DNA of 64,000 bases, from positions 130,647 to 194,646 of the forward strand of contig JACROC010000007.1 in the NCBI GenBank assembly GCA_016214655.1. Reading direction: 5' to 3'. Of the stretch, positions 18,274-27,767 are shown in pieces. Positions within the stretch are counted from its first letter, which is position 1; each line of letters begins with the position of its first letter. The notes beneath the pieces are model-generated. The model was not told where the DNA came from and did not search any database. It saw only the letters and a list, made by a program, of their open reading frames with translations. The position numbers were made by a program, and so were the translations under genes. The DNA comes from Candidatus Harrisonbacteria bacterium (GTDB taxonomy: Bacteria > Patescibacteriota > Minisyncoccia > UBA6257 > 02-FULL-45-10c).

Positions 18274-18396
18274 ATGGAAGACAATAAGCCGCAGCAGACG
18301 GGAACGAGAGTCGTGCCAGGACTCGCGTTCATCGGGGGCGTGTTTTTGACCCAAGCTGAGCTCAAGGAGGAGCTCGCGCGGAGGCGGGGCGAGTAA
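18274..18396 (+). CDS. 40 aa small hypothetical protein
   Basis: MEDNKPQQTGTRVVPGLAFIGGVFLTQAELKEELARRRGE; promoter and G-rich SD upstream, terminator downstream; below the ORF-track cutoff. Confidence 0.55.
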   Translation: MEDNKPQQTGTRVVPGLAFIGGVFLTQAELKEELARRRGE

Positions 18397-18402
18397 GCCC
18401 CA

Positions 18403-18432
18403 AAGCCCAACCGAAAGGTTGGGCTTGTTTTT
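18403..18432. terminator. Intrinsic terminator
   Basis: aagcccaacc-gaaa-ggttgggctt then T-run. Confidence 0.8.
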
Positions 18433-18677
18433 TATTTCAATTTTTTATATAAATCTTGAAATACGTCCATTAAGGACACTAAGGCCCAGACAGAGTTGAG
18501 GATGAGAAATGGATAAGTTTTTAGAAGGAATGCATAGGTAACCAATAATAACCCGCCGATTAGATTAAATAAATCATAAATAACATCATCGTCTTTCCAG
18601 CGATGAGTTTGGTTGAAAATAAATGCGATGAGGATGAAGATTGCTCCGGTGGTTCCAACGAGTAGTTCGGTTTCCAT
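18432..18677 (-). CDS. Small three-TM membrane protein
   Basis: 81 aa hydrophobic; YDLFNLIG...PFLILNSVW pattern. Confidence 0.7.
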   Translation of the reverse strand: METELLVGTTGAIFILIAFIFNQTHRWKDDDVIYDLFNLIGGLLLVTYAFLLKTYPFLILNSVWALVSLMDVFQDLYKKLK

Positions 18678-18761
18678 GCGTTTATAATTTTAGTATGCGG
18701 GAAATTTTACACGAAGGCAATTTCTAAAAAGAAACCCCGCCATTTGAGACGGGGAATTTTG

Positions 18762-19439
18762 TTAACTGAGAAATATTCTCCAAATCGTGTCTACGGATCC
18801 GTGGATGAAAATCGGCACCAGGATATTTCTGGATTTCATATAGGAAATTCCATAGACCAGTCCGGCAATGAACGCCATTCCGACGTACTGCCAGTTCGGG
18901 AAAGTGCTATTTCCAGAGAGGTGGGTATAAATAACTGCAAAAAGCGCAGTGCTGGTAAAAAGCGCGGGCCATTTATTAAAGTGTCTTTCCAGTAAATTAA
19001 AGATAATGCCGCGGAAAATTAATTCTTCGCTAGGGGCGACAAAAAGATAATATCCGATAGCGGTGGAAATTATGTGGTTCGGTTCAAGCCGGGGGTTGAA
19101 TTTTAAAAATCCAAGCAATAATCCTGCCGGAATCAGAATCTTAGTCAGGATTCCTAGCGAAAGTATCGCGATCAGCGCGCTTTTTTTAGAAAATTCAACT
19201 TTGCCAAGATTGATTTTTCGGCGGTGTATAAACCAAATGGAGAGCAGAATCAGGATTACTGCCGCTATATTATACGGATTTGCGACGGCGGTAGTGGCGA
19301 GATATTTTTGCCAATATCCCAAGTTGAATACCTGCCAGGAACTTAAAAGAAAAAGCGCATCCCAGTGATTAATTTTATAGGTGTCTTTAGATTTAAAAAT
19401 GGCAAAGACTGATATGGCAATACTTACCCAGAAGACCAT
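18762..19439 (-). CDS. CPBP (CAAX/Abi) intramembrane metalloprotease
   Basis: EELIFRG, F...H, IFIHG..D motifs in a multi-TM protein. Confidence 0.85.
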   Translation of the reverse strand: MVFWVSIAISVFAIFKSKDTYKINHWDALFLLSSWQVFNLGYWQKYLATTAVANPYNIAAVILILLSIWFIHRRKINLGKVEFSKKSALIAILSLGILTKILIPAGLLLGFLKFNPRLEPNHIISTAIGYYLFVAPSEELIFRGIIFNLLERHFNKWPALFTSTALFAVIYTHLSGNSTFPNWQYVGMAFIAGLVYGISYMKSRNILVPIFIHGSVDTIWRIFLS

Positions 19440-19515
19440 TTATTACCATTTCAAAGAGCGAATTCTTAAAAAGAGCTTAACTCAAGCAAGATGTTTTTTA
19501 CAAGTTAAAGCCGGG

Positions 19516-19600
19516 TGGTGCCCTCGAGAGGATTTGAACCTCTACTCCTTGCGGAACCAGCTCCTAAAGCTGGCGTGTCTGCCAATTTCACCACGAGGGC
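19516..19600 (-). tRNA. tRNA-Leu(TAG)
   Basis: GCCCTCG acceptor stem, CCAGC-TT TAG GA-GCTGG, long variable arm, GTTCAAATC, encoded CCA. Confidence 0.95.
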
Positions 19601-19639
19601 GTATACATATACTATTTATATTAAAAGAAAACGTCACCT

Positions 19640-19668
19640 TTGACAACACCATCATTTTATGCTATTTT
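19640..19668 (+). promoter_or_regulatory. Promoter TTGACA-N17-TATTTT
   Basis: Perfect -35, 17 bp spacer, TG extension. Confidence 0.6.
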
Positions 19669-19739
19669 ATGGATAGTGTAAACTCCTGTTAATTCGCCTA
19701 AAGCGAATGCGGGATGAGCTTGAAATCTAAACAAAGGAG

Positions 19740-20567
19740 GTGGAAAGTATGACTTGGTTGCTAGTGGTTGTGATTCTGGCGCTGATAGCCTGTTCGGTGG
19801 TTTCAACCCTTATGCAGGTGCCGGCATATACGGCTGTTTTATTGGAAAATAGAATTTCTGGATCAGTCCGTTCTATCGGACCGGGGATTCACTTCATATT
19901 TCCCTGGGAAAAGATTGTTCCAAATTCAGAAACGGTTATTAAAAAAAGCAGCCATTTGTTCCCGGCTGATTTTGAGACTAAGAATCACAAAGTCATTTCG
20001 TTGAAGGTTGCTTTTGATCTGATACCGGACGTGAATAATCTCAGAGGTTATATTGCTTTTGATGAAAGAACCAGAATAGCTGGAATTACAGAGAGAATAA
20101 AGTCTATTTTGAGCAACCTGATTAGGGAAATGAAGGATCGCGAAGAGGTTATGGCGAAGTTTAAGGAAATTGGTCCGAGGGTTAAAGATATTTTCGAGCA
20201 GACTTTATCCGAGGATGGGAAAAGACTGGAGTACTATTACGGGATTGATTTGAAGGTTCTGATGATTCCAGATGTTGAGCTTCCTAAGGAGTTGAAGGAG
20301 GCAAGCATTCGGCAGGAAGCTACAAAGAAAGATAACGAGACTCGAAAATTAGAGATGACTAATATGAAAAAGATGGCCATGGATTTAGTGAAGGCGTCTG
20401 GTGGCACGATGCCGCTTGAGGTTGCTATGGAAATTATGCAGTTGCAGTTTGGCAAGGGCAACGTGAAGAAAGAGCTTCATCGGTTCGGTTTGGATCGCGG
20501 AACGCAAGAGATGGTTCTGAAGTTTCTGGAAAAGATTCCGGAGCTGATCAATGCCTTCCGATCCTAA
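19740..20567 (+). CDS. SPFH/band-7 domain protein
   Basis: N-terminal TM, GPGIHFIFPWE, YGIDLK..IPDVELPKEL; GTG start right after AAGGAG, exact start uncertain. Confidence 0.75.
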   Translation: MESMTWLLVVVILALIACSVVSTLMQVPAYTAVLLENRISGSVRSIGPGIHFIFPWEKIVPNSETVIKKSSHLFPADFETKNHKVISLKVAFDLIPDVNNLRGYIAFDERTRIAGITERIKSILSNLIREMKDREEVMAKFKEIGPRVKDIFEQTLSEDGKRLEYYYGIDLKVLMIPDVELPKELKEASIRQEATKKDNETRKLEMTNMKKMAMDLVKASGGTMPLEVAMEIMQLQFGKGNVKKELHRFGLDRGTQEMVLKFLEKIPELINAFRS

Positions 20568-21003
20568 GCCGGTTTCGTCGATTAAGCCCTTTCGGGAAAG
20601 CCCGACTTTAAAGCTGGTTATAGCAATCTTGGTGGCTTTGCTGGTTATCTGCATATCCCGAGGACTGATATTTAATTGCGTTTCCGGGCTGACAACGAAT
20701 TTTGATCCATCAGTCTGTTCCGGCGCAGAAAATGTTAGGTTAGACGCCAATTTCAAAGAAAGAGAGATGCTAGTCCGAAAAGATTGTTTATCCGGTGAAA
20801 TCAGCTGGATTCAGCCGGAAGGATTTTCTTTGATGATTGATAAGCGCGGAGACATCCGGTATTATGTTTCGGCTGGAGGCAGATTGCTTGGACCGTTTAA
20901 GTCCCTTAAGGATGCCGACAATCATTATAAGATTGGTCCAGCTGACAATCTTAGGATTATTGGCTATGACGGAACAGCTACTTTGAGATTAGAGAAGATT
21001 TGA
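20551..21003 (+). CDS. Hypothetical membrane-anchored protein
   Basis: Overlaps the upstream stop; single TM; Cys-containing C-terminal part. Confidence 0.6.
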   Translation: MPSDPKPVSSIKPFRESPTLKLVIAILVALLVICISRGLIFNCVSGLTTNFDPSVCSGAENVRLDANFKEREMLVRKDCLSGEISWIQPEGFSLMIDKRGDIRYYVSAGGRLLGPFKSLKDADNHYKIGPADNLRIIGYDGTATLRLEKI

Positions 21004-21017
21004 TTATTTAAAAAAAC

Positions 21018-21048
21018 AAAAACCCGCGAAGTAATTCGCGGGTTTTTT
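21018..21048. terminator. Bidirectional terminator
   Basis: aaaaacccgcgaa-gtaa-ttcgcgggtttttt. Confidence 0.8.
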
Positions 21049-21051
21049 CAT

Positions 21052-21435
21052 TTATCTTCCACTTGTTTGTAAGAAATTTGCTATGATAGCGGTGGCGCTA
21101 TAAGCCGCTAAGCCAATTACAATAGCGATAATTGAGTAGATTAATTGATTTTTGGCTTTACTAACCTGTTCAGCTTCTCCGCCCGCAGTCAGGTAAAGAT
21201 AGCCCGCATACAACATGAAGACAATTGCTAGACTGAAAAATACTATTCCAGCCGTATTGGTAAATTGTCTAACAATATTCTCAACTGTCGTGAAAGAAAT
21301 TGCACTCGGAGGTAATTGTCCTGTTCCCGCTTCACCGGGCACCTGAAATCCTCCTCCTCCTACTGCCAATGCAGTGCTAACCAAGGCCAGATTTAATAGA
21401 GTTACGCCCGAGACCATTTTTATTAAATTTTTCAT
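21052..21435 (-). CDS. TrbC/VirB2-like pilin
   Basis: Signal-like N-terminus; YAGYLYLTAGGEAEQVSKAK..IY.II two-TM pattern. Confidence 0.8.
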   Translation of the reverse strand: MKNLIKMVSGVTLLNLALVSTALAVGGGGFQVPGEAGTGQLPPSAISFTTVENIVRQFTNTAGIVFFSLAIVFMLYAGYLYLTAGGEAEQVSKAKNQLIYSIIAIVIGLAAYSATAIIANFLQTSGR

Positions 21436-21553
21436 ATTTTTTTTAAAACAATTAAGTAATTACGTATTTTACTGAATTGCTTATTATTTTATTTTTTGAT
21501 GCTTCGACCTTTCCGGAACTTATTTTAATTATATAATAATTATAACACAATCA

Positions 21554-21868
21554 TTATACACCAAGTAAATTCCTGACAATATATATTATGCCGGTAGCAG
21601 AAAGTAAAAGTACGGCAGCAATGATGGTCCAAGTGACAATGCGCCTTCCTTTAGTGATTTTTTCCGTATCGCCGCCCGCAGACATAATCTGAAAAGCTCC
21701 CCAAAGAAGCATTAGGGTAATGATGGGCGTCCCGATTCTTAATAGCCAGCCGCTGATTTGGTTTATAATTTGGCTGACATCTTCGGTGCCAAGCGGATTT
21801 TTAACTGTAAAACTTACTGAAGAAAATAATAAAGTTTGAAATGAAATTTTTTTAAAAATATTTTTCAT
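21554..21868 (-). CDS. TrbC/VirB2-like pilin
   Basis: NPLG...WGAFQIMSAGGDTEKITKGRRIVTW. Confidence 0.8.
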   Translation of the reverse strand: MKNIFKKISFQTLLFSSVSFTVKNPLGTEDVSQIINQISGWLLRIGTPIITLMLLWGAFQIMSAGGDTEKITKGRRIVTWTIIAAVLLLSATGIIYIVRNLLGV

Positions 21869-21876
21869 AAAATCTC

Positions 21877-22278
21877 TTATTTGCCGCTCAGCACGTTTTT
21901 AATGATTAAATTTATGCCAGCCGCCACCAGCAAAAGGAGGTAGCCGACAATGGCCCAGGTGATAGTGCGCCGGCCTTTGGAAATTTGCTCTTCATTGCCG
22001 GCGGCGGTCAGGATTTGCAACGCGCCCCAAATAATCATTAAGGTCAGCATGGCGGTTCCCAGCCAGAGCAGAAATTCGCCGATTCTGGCGAAAAGTTTGG
22101 TGATGTCGGTTCCGGTACCGAGCGGATTTGGAAGGTCGTATGTCCTATTTGCGTCCCTTGTTAATATATCAGTCCCCCCGGCAGTTTTTTGAATCGTATC
22201 TCCATTAACTTCTAACGGATTTATTAAAAGCGGAGCTAGTAGTAACAACAGAAAAATTGTAAATATTTTTTTACTCAT
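21877..22278 (-). CDS. TrbC/VirB2-like pilin
   Basis: NPLG...WGALQILTAAGNEEQISKGRRTITWAIVG. Confidence 0.8.
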   Translation of the reverse strand: MSKKIFTIFLLLLLAPLLINPLEVNGDTIQKTAGGTDILTRDANRTYDLPNPLGTGTDITKLFARIGEFLLWLGTAMLTLMIIWGALQILTAAGNEEQISKGRRTITWAIVGYLLLLVAAGINLIIKNVLSGK

Positions 22279-22283
22279 TTATT

Positions 22284-22700
22284 TTAAGATGATTCTACTT
22301 GGCAGGTTATTTGGCTCCAGGGCCTGATTGATTTTGAGTCGGTTAAGTAGCGGAGTAGTCCGCCGACAAAGATCCAGGATACTAACATGATAATCAGTCC
22401 GGTTACGGTAATGGTAATAACCTGCTTCCCTTTGGTTATTCTTTCTTCTGATCCGCCGGCAGTCATAATCAGGAATCCGCCCCAGGCAAAAAATACTCCG
22501 CCGAGCGCTATGGCCAGATCCCTCATTAGTTCCGTAATATTATTAGCTAAGACTAGAAGCTGGCAGAGGTCGCATTCCGGCACTGGCCGGCCGGGACCGC
22601 AGGGAACCAGCGGTTCTCTTGCCAGAACAAAGTCGTTGGAAATTATTAATAAAAAAATGGAAATTATCACCCAATAATATATTTTGTTTTTCGTATTCAC
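22284..22700 (-). CDS. TrbC/VirB2-like pilin with Cys motif
   Basis: LVPCG...CDLCQL; WGGFLIMTAGGSEERITKGK. Confidence 0.8.
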   Translation of the reverse strand: MNTKNKIYYWVIISIFLLIISNDFVLAREPLVPCGPGRPVPECDLCQLLVLANNITELMRDLAIALGGVFFAWGGFLIMTAGGSEERITKGKQVITITVTGLIIMLVSWIFVGGLLRYLTDSKSIRPWSQITCQVESS

Positions 22701-22704
22701 ACCT

Positions 22705-24015
22705 TTATTTCCCTCGTTGCATTAATTCGGTGACCTGTTTTTCTCCTTGTGATAATGCCTCCAGTGGTTTTAATTTGCCGGATACCACTGCCCCGATCAT
22801 TCCGGAAAAGATTTGGTCTATTGGTTCTTTATCTATGCGCGGCCAGGATTTGGCGGACAGAGCTTGTTTTACAAAAACTCCCAGTTCTGGATGATTTGCG
22901 TATTTTTGAATTAGAGATCGGAGCGCCGGCGGATTATCAGAGGCAATAAGATAATCTTCAGCCGCTTTTTCATAAGTAGTCAAAAATAGTACCAGATTCC
23001 AGGCCCAATCTGGATTTTGGCTGTTGTTAGTTACGGCCAGTCCCCAATAATCCGGATAGTTCACCGCTTTTTCGGTAGTAGAAGGCTGCGGCATAGCGGC
23101 TACCCGGAAATTTAAAAATGGATTTTTGGCCAGGATAGTTTTTCTTTGGGAAGCATAATTGAAAATCATCGCTAGGTTGCCCTTGGCAAAGCTGTTCAAT
23201 GAATATTCCTGATCATCGTTCCAGGTATAAGCCAGATCCTTGGAGTTGCTGAATTTAGTATAGAAATTCAAGCCGTCTAAACCGGCGTTGCGTCCCTCAA
23301 CATTGCCAGTGAAAGTTGCCTCGGTAAATTCTTCATTGGTCATTTTAGTTCCGGCTTGTAAGAGAAGAAGCATCAGCAGGTCCGAAGCTTTATCCATGGA
23401 ATTATTTGAACCGCCAATGGCTGCGGCCGGTTTGACCAGGTTTCCAAGGGAGTCCAGGCGCCTTAATTTATCAACGATATTCTGAAAATCCAGCCAATCC
23501 TGCGGTTCCAGCGCTATGCCATTTTTATCAAAAATGTCTCTGTTATAAAATAGCGCCAAGGTATCTATATATAATGGAAGCGCGTATATTTTCCCCAATG
23601 AGGAAAAATCCTCTTTTATAACTCCCGGAAATAGGTTATCTAGATCGATGACGGAAATTTGATCTTCTTTGGCTGGAATAATTTTGTCAGAATGTTTTGG
23701 CAGCCAGGAGCTGTGAAATGAGACAATATCCGGACCTTTTTTGGTGGCGAGGGCGTTAATTAGGTCGATTTCCAGGGTTTCGGGATCTACTTTTTTGTAA
23801 TCAACTGTGATATTGGGCTGAAATTGCTTATAAAGTTTGAAATTATTTTCAAACCAGCTTGGGTCATCAACCCCCCAAATAGTTAAAGTAATTCTGGGCG
23901 GCGCTTCTGGAATCACCTTAAGTCCCGGGATAATGCCGGTGAAAACTCCGACAAAAAATAAAACTACAACGAGAACGGCGGCTATAACTACAAGTTGCGG
24001 GCGGGAAAGTTCCAT
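22705..24015 (-). CDS. Extracellular solute-binding protein (sugar-binding family-like)
   Basis: N-terminal TM anchor; GPDI, YALPLYIDTLALFYNRD, F.KGNLAM, AWNLV.FL. Confidence 0.85.
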   Translation of the reverse strand: MELSRPQLVVIAAVLVVVLFFVGVFTGIIPGLKVIPEAPPRITLTIWGVDDPSWFENNFKLYKQFQPNITVDYKKVDPETLEIDLINALATKKGPDIVSFHSSWLPKHSDKIIPAKEDQISVIDLDNLFPGVIKEDFSSLGKIYALPLYIDTLALFYNRDIFDKNGIALEPQDWLDFQNIVDKLRRLDSLGNLVKPAAAIGGSNNSMDKASDLLMLLLLQAGTKMTNEEFTEATFTGNVEGRNAGLDGLNFYTKFSNSKDLAYTWNDDQEYSLNSFAKGNLAMIFNYASQRKTILAKNPFLNFRVAAMPQPSTTEKAVNYPDYWGLAVTNNSQNPDWAWNLVLFLTTYEKAAEDYLIASDNPPALRSLIQKYANHPELGVFVKQALSAKSWPRIDKEPIDQIFSGMIGAVVSGKLKPLEALSQGEKQVTELMQRGK

Positions 24016-24046
24016 AATTTAATTATACAACAATAAGTCTTATTGG

Positions 24047-26503
24047 TTATAAACAGATCACTCCCATTACTTTGTCGCCGGAAGCGACGTTCATGATGCG
24101 GACGCCTTGAGTGGCGCGACCGCTTGAGCGGATACTTTCCAATTGGGTCCGGATAATTTGTCCTTTAGCAGAAAGAGCTAAAACCTCTTTTTCTTCGTTG
24201 ATTATTAAAGAGGCGATGACTGATCCGGTTTTCGGCGTAACTTTAGCAGTTTTGATGCCTGATCCGCCCCGTCCTTGCACTTTATATTCCGAAAGCGGAG
24301 TTTTCTTTCCGAAGCCGTTGGCCATGACCGCCAGAAGCTGGCCCTTTTCATTTTCTTTAGTGACGATATTGAGGGCGACTACGGAATCGCTTTTTTTAAG
24401 CCGGATGCCCCGGACGCCGGAGGCAGTCCGGCCCATCGGGCGTATTTGTGATTCTTTAAAGCGGATGGCTTGGCCGTTGGCAGTGGAAAGGGCGATTTGA
24501 TCATTGCCTGAAGAAAGCCGAACCCACTGGAGCGAATCCCCCTTTTTGAGTTTGATGGCGATGATGCCGCTGCGGCGGACATTGGAAAAATCTCCCAGAG
24601 CGGTTTTTTTAATGACGCCATTTTTTGTAACCATAACCAGATATCCCGGGAGTGATTTTTTTTCGCCTGGATAAGCAATAATGGCATTTACTTTTTCTTC
24701 AAGAGGAATTTCCAGGAAATTATGGAAAGCCTTGCCTTTAGCGATTCGGCTGGCTTCCGGGATTTCGTAAACTTTAGTCTGGAAAACCCGCCCGCGTTCA
24801 GTGAAGAACAGTATATTGTCATGAGTGTTGGATGTCATGAAGTGGCTGAGAAAGTCTTCCTCGCCAACATCGGAACCAATTAATCCCTTCCCGCCTCTTT
24901 TTTGGGATTTAAAACTGGACGGCGGGACTCTTTTGATGTAGCCGCTCCGGGACATGGTAATAATGGTTTCTTCTTTTGGTACCAGATCTTCTTCTTTAAA
25001 TTCTTTGAGACCGCCGGAAACTAATTTGGTTTTTCTCTGATCGCCGTATTTTTCTTTCATTTCTTTCAGTTCGTCTCTGATGACTTTCAGAATTTTCGCC
25101 GGGCTCTTCAGTAGGGCCTGCAACTCCTCAATTAATTTTTTCTTTTCTTTAAGTTCGTCCTCGATTTTTTGTCTTTCCAGTGAAGCGAGGGTTTGCAGTT
25201 TCATTTCCAAAATCGCAGTGGCCTGGATATCGGTGAATTTGAATTTAGCAACTAAGTTTTTGTGGGCATCTTCACGGTCTTTAGATTTTTTGATGGCAGT
25301 GATTACCGCATCGATGTTGCCGAGCGCTTTATGTAAACCCATTAAAATATGAGCGCGTTCCTCGGCTTTTTTCAGGTCGAACTCCGCCCGTCGGCGGACA
25401 ATCTCTTTCCGGTGTTCAATATAGGCGAGCAGAATATCTTTCAGGGACATTACTTCCGGCTGAAGGCCGTTTCTAGTCAGGGCAATCATATTCAGATTAA
25501 AATTTTTCTGAAGATCAGTGAATTGGAATAATTGGTTTAGAACTTTTTGCGGCGCCGCGTCATTTTTAAGTTCAATGACAATGCGCAGGCCATCTTTATC
25601 GGATTCATCACGCACGTCGCGCACGCCTTGAATTTTTTTCTCAGTTATCAGTTCGGCGATTCTGATAATTAACTCTGATTTATTAACCTGATACGGAATT
25701 TCAGTTATTTCGACGTCGTATTGATCTTTTTTTCTTTCGGTCACTTCGGTTCTGGCCCGGCAGGTGATAGCTCCGTGGCCAGAAGCGTAAGCTTCGTTAA
25801 TAGCTTTTTTGTCATAGATAATGCCGCCAGTCGGAAAATCCGGACCTTGAATTAATTCCATTATTTCTTCGGTGGTGGCTTTTGGATCCTCGATTAATTT
25901 CGCAGTTGCATCAACTAATTCGCTTAAATTGTGGGGCGGAATATTGGTAGCCATACCAACGGCAATGCCAACAGTGCCATTGAGTAAAAGATTGGGAACT
26001 TTGGCTGGTAAAACTTTGGGCTCCTGGCGGCTGCCGTCGTAGTTCGGAGACCAGTCCACGGTTTCTTTTTCGCTATCCACCAGCATTTCTTCGGCGATTT
26101 TGGAAAGCCGGGCTTCGGTGTACCGGTAAGCGGCCGCGGAATCGCCGTCAATACTGCCGAAGTTTCCTTGTCCGTCAACCAGCGGATAACGGAGCGAAAA
26201 TTCCTGGGCCATGCGCACCATGGCTTCGTATACCGAAGAATCGCCGTGCGGGTGGTATTTACCAAGCACTTCACCGACGATATTAGCTGATTTTTTGAAT
26301 TTAGCCGCGTGGGTAAGCCCGCTGTCCCACATTGCCCAAAGGATTCTTCTTTGCACCGGCTTTAATCCATCGCGGACATCCGGGAGGGCGCGGGAAACAA
26401 TGACTGACATTGCGTAGTCCAGGTAGGATTCTTGAAGTTCTTCGGTTATTTCCCTTTTTTCCAAGCCGCTATCATTAAGTTTGAGTTTTTCTTCTTTGGC
26501 CAT
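24047..26503 (-). CDS. gyrA: DNA gyrase subunit A
   Basis: [29 protein letters not shown], GyrA box QKRGGKG. Confidence 0.97.
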   Translation of the reverse strand: MAKEEKLKLNDSGLEKREITEELQESYLDYAMSVIVSRALPDVRDGLKPVQRRILWAMWDSGLTHAAKFKKSANIVGEVLGKYHPHGDSSVYEAMVRMAQEFSLRYPLVDGQGNFGSIDGDSAAAYRYTEARLSKIAEEMLVDSEKETVDWSPNYDGSRQEPKVLPAKVPNLLLNGTVGIAVGMATNIPPHNLSELVDATAKLIEDPKATTEEIMELIQGPDFPTGGIIYDKKAINEAYASGHGAITCRARTEVTERKKDQYDVEITEIPYQVNKSELIIRIAELITEKKIQGVRDVRDESDKDGLRIVIELKNDAAPQKVLNQLFQFTDLQKNFNLNMIALTRNGLQPEVMSLKDILLAYIEHRKEIVRRRAEFDLKKAEERAHILMGLHKALGNIDAVITAIKKSKDREDAHKNLVAKFKFTDIQATAILEMKLQTLASLERQKIEDELKEKKKLIEELQALLKSPAKILKVIRDELKEMKEKYGDQRKTKLVSGGLKEFKEEDLVPKEETIITMSRSGYIKRVPPSSFKSQKRGGKGLIGSDVGEEDFLSHFMTSNTHDNILFFTERGRVFQTKVYEIPEASRIAKGKAFHNFLEIPLEEKVNAIIAYPGEKKSLPGYLVMVTKNGVIKKTALGDFSNVRRSGIIAIKLKKGDSLQWVRLSSGNDQIALSTANGQAIRFKESQIRPMGRTASGVRGIRLKKSDSVVALNIVTKENEKGQLLAVMANGFGKKTPLSEYKVQGRGGSGIKTAKVTPKTGSVIASLIINEEKEVLALSAKGQIIRTQLESIRSSGRATQGVRIMNVASGDKVMGVICL

Positions 26504-26513
26504 GGTTGATTAT

Positions 26514-26849
26514 CTATTTATTTTTATTAGTCGCCGGACTTGCTCCTTGGATGGTGATAGAATTAGTCTGGTTGGCTAGTTCTTGAAGCGAGGCCATTAA
26601 TTCACTGAATTTTGACCCCACTTCTTTGGAAGTTATTTCCAGGCCGTTTTTCATAGTTTCCATAAATCCTGGCCCGTTATTATTTTTTTCTTTTTCGTTG
26701 AGGCCCCGGACGGTGAGATTAATATAAACGATCCAAAGCGGAATTATTATTAACATAGTCCCGGAGCTTAAGATCATTAGCCAGCGTTTTTTAGCGGTCT
26801 CGTCTTTTTGCCGAAGATCGAGAAAAAAATTTTGGATTTTTTGTAACAT
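26514..26849 (-). CDS. Hypothetical membrane protein
   Basis: 111 aa, one TM, co-oriented upstream of gyrA. Confidence 0.65.
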   Translation of the reverse strand: MLQKIQNFFLDLRQKDETAKKRWLMILSSGTMLIIIPLWIVYINLTVRGLNEKEKNNNGPGFMETMKNGLEITSKEVGSKFSELMASLQELANQTNSITIQGASPATNKNK

Positions 26850-26883
26850 ATAAGTCTAATAAGTCCTATTAATCCGATGGAAT

Positions 26884-27504
26884 TTATATTTTGAGTACGA
26901 CTAGCTTCGTCCCTTTTTGTTCCATCACCTCTTTTTTTCTAATGGTCAACTTTTCTGATACTTCCGGTTTTTGTCCCATTTCTTCGGCTAGAGATTTCCA
27001 ATCCGGACCCGTTCTTTTCAGGCCGGGAACTTTGAAAAAGGCGGCCATGACAATTTTCGGGCCGAGCTGTTTTATGAGCTTCGCCGCTTTTTCTTGTGAA
27101 ATAAAAGGTTTTCCGCCGCCAGGAATAAAAATTATATCCGCGCCTTGAAGATTCTGCATTGCTTCGGCAGAAAGTTCATCGCTAAGGTGCCCCAGCAGGC
27201 CTAGCTTGATATCTTCGGCGGTAATTTTGTAAGCAGTTTTAAAAAATTTTTCAGAGGATTCTTTTTGCTGGGGAAAGCCAGTGATTTCTATGCTTTGAAT
27301 TTCGTATTCGCCGGCACCAGAGATATATTGGCTTTCGTCGGATTTTTCTATTTCCATTGGCCAAGGAGTCAGAGTCCTCAAAACCACTTCATTTTTGCCG
27401 CGGGCTGGAGTAAGTCCGGTGCTGGATTCAAACGGATCTGTTAATAAAGTAAGGCCGCCTGTTTGAATCTTGAAGCAGCCTTCTCCGTACCAATTTATAA
27501 TCAT
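26884..27504 (-). CDS. MBL-fold metallo-hydrolase-like protein (metal motif degenerate)
   Basis: INWYGEGCFKI, TDPF, GAGEYEI, DIIFIPGGG; lacks a clear HxHxDH. Confidence 0.75.
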   Translation of the reverse strand: MIINWYGEGCFKIQTGGLTLLTDPFESSTGLTPARGKNEVVLRTLTPWPMEIEKSDESQYISGAGEYEIQSIEITGFPQQKESSEKFFKTAYKITAEDIKLGLLGHLSDELSAEAMQNLQGADIIFIPGGGKPFISQEKAAKLIKQLGPKIVMAAFFKVPGLKRTGPDWKSLAEEMGQKPEVSEKLTIRKKEVMEQKGTKLVVLKI

Positions 27505-27767
27505 ACCTAATAAATTTTAGCAGTTTTAGGGTCTATATTCAATAGCAGTTGCAAATTTTTTTATCGTAGATTATCATTTTATGATGTTGCTGGTTATTAA
27601 TCGCTAGTGGCTAGTCGCTGATAATTATGCCCGGTAGCTACAACTGCGATAGGATTAACCCAAGTTATCATGGCTAATTAGAAAATTATGTATAATCTAA
27701 AGGTCAAAATTAAACTTTACTGCGGCGAGTTAATCAATAACTTGCAATCGCAGTTGTAGCACCGGGT

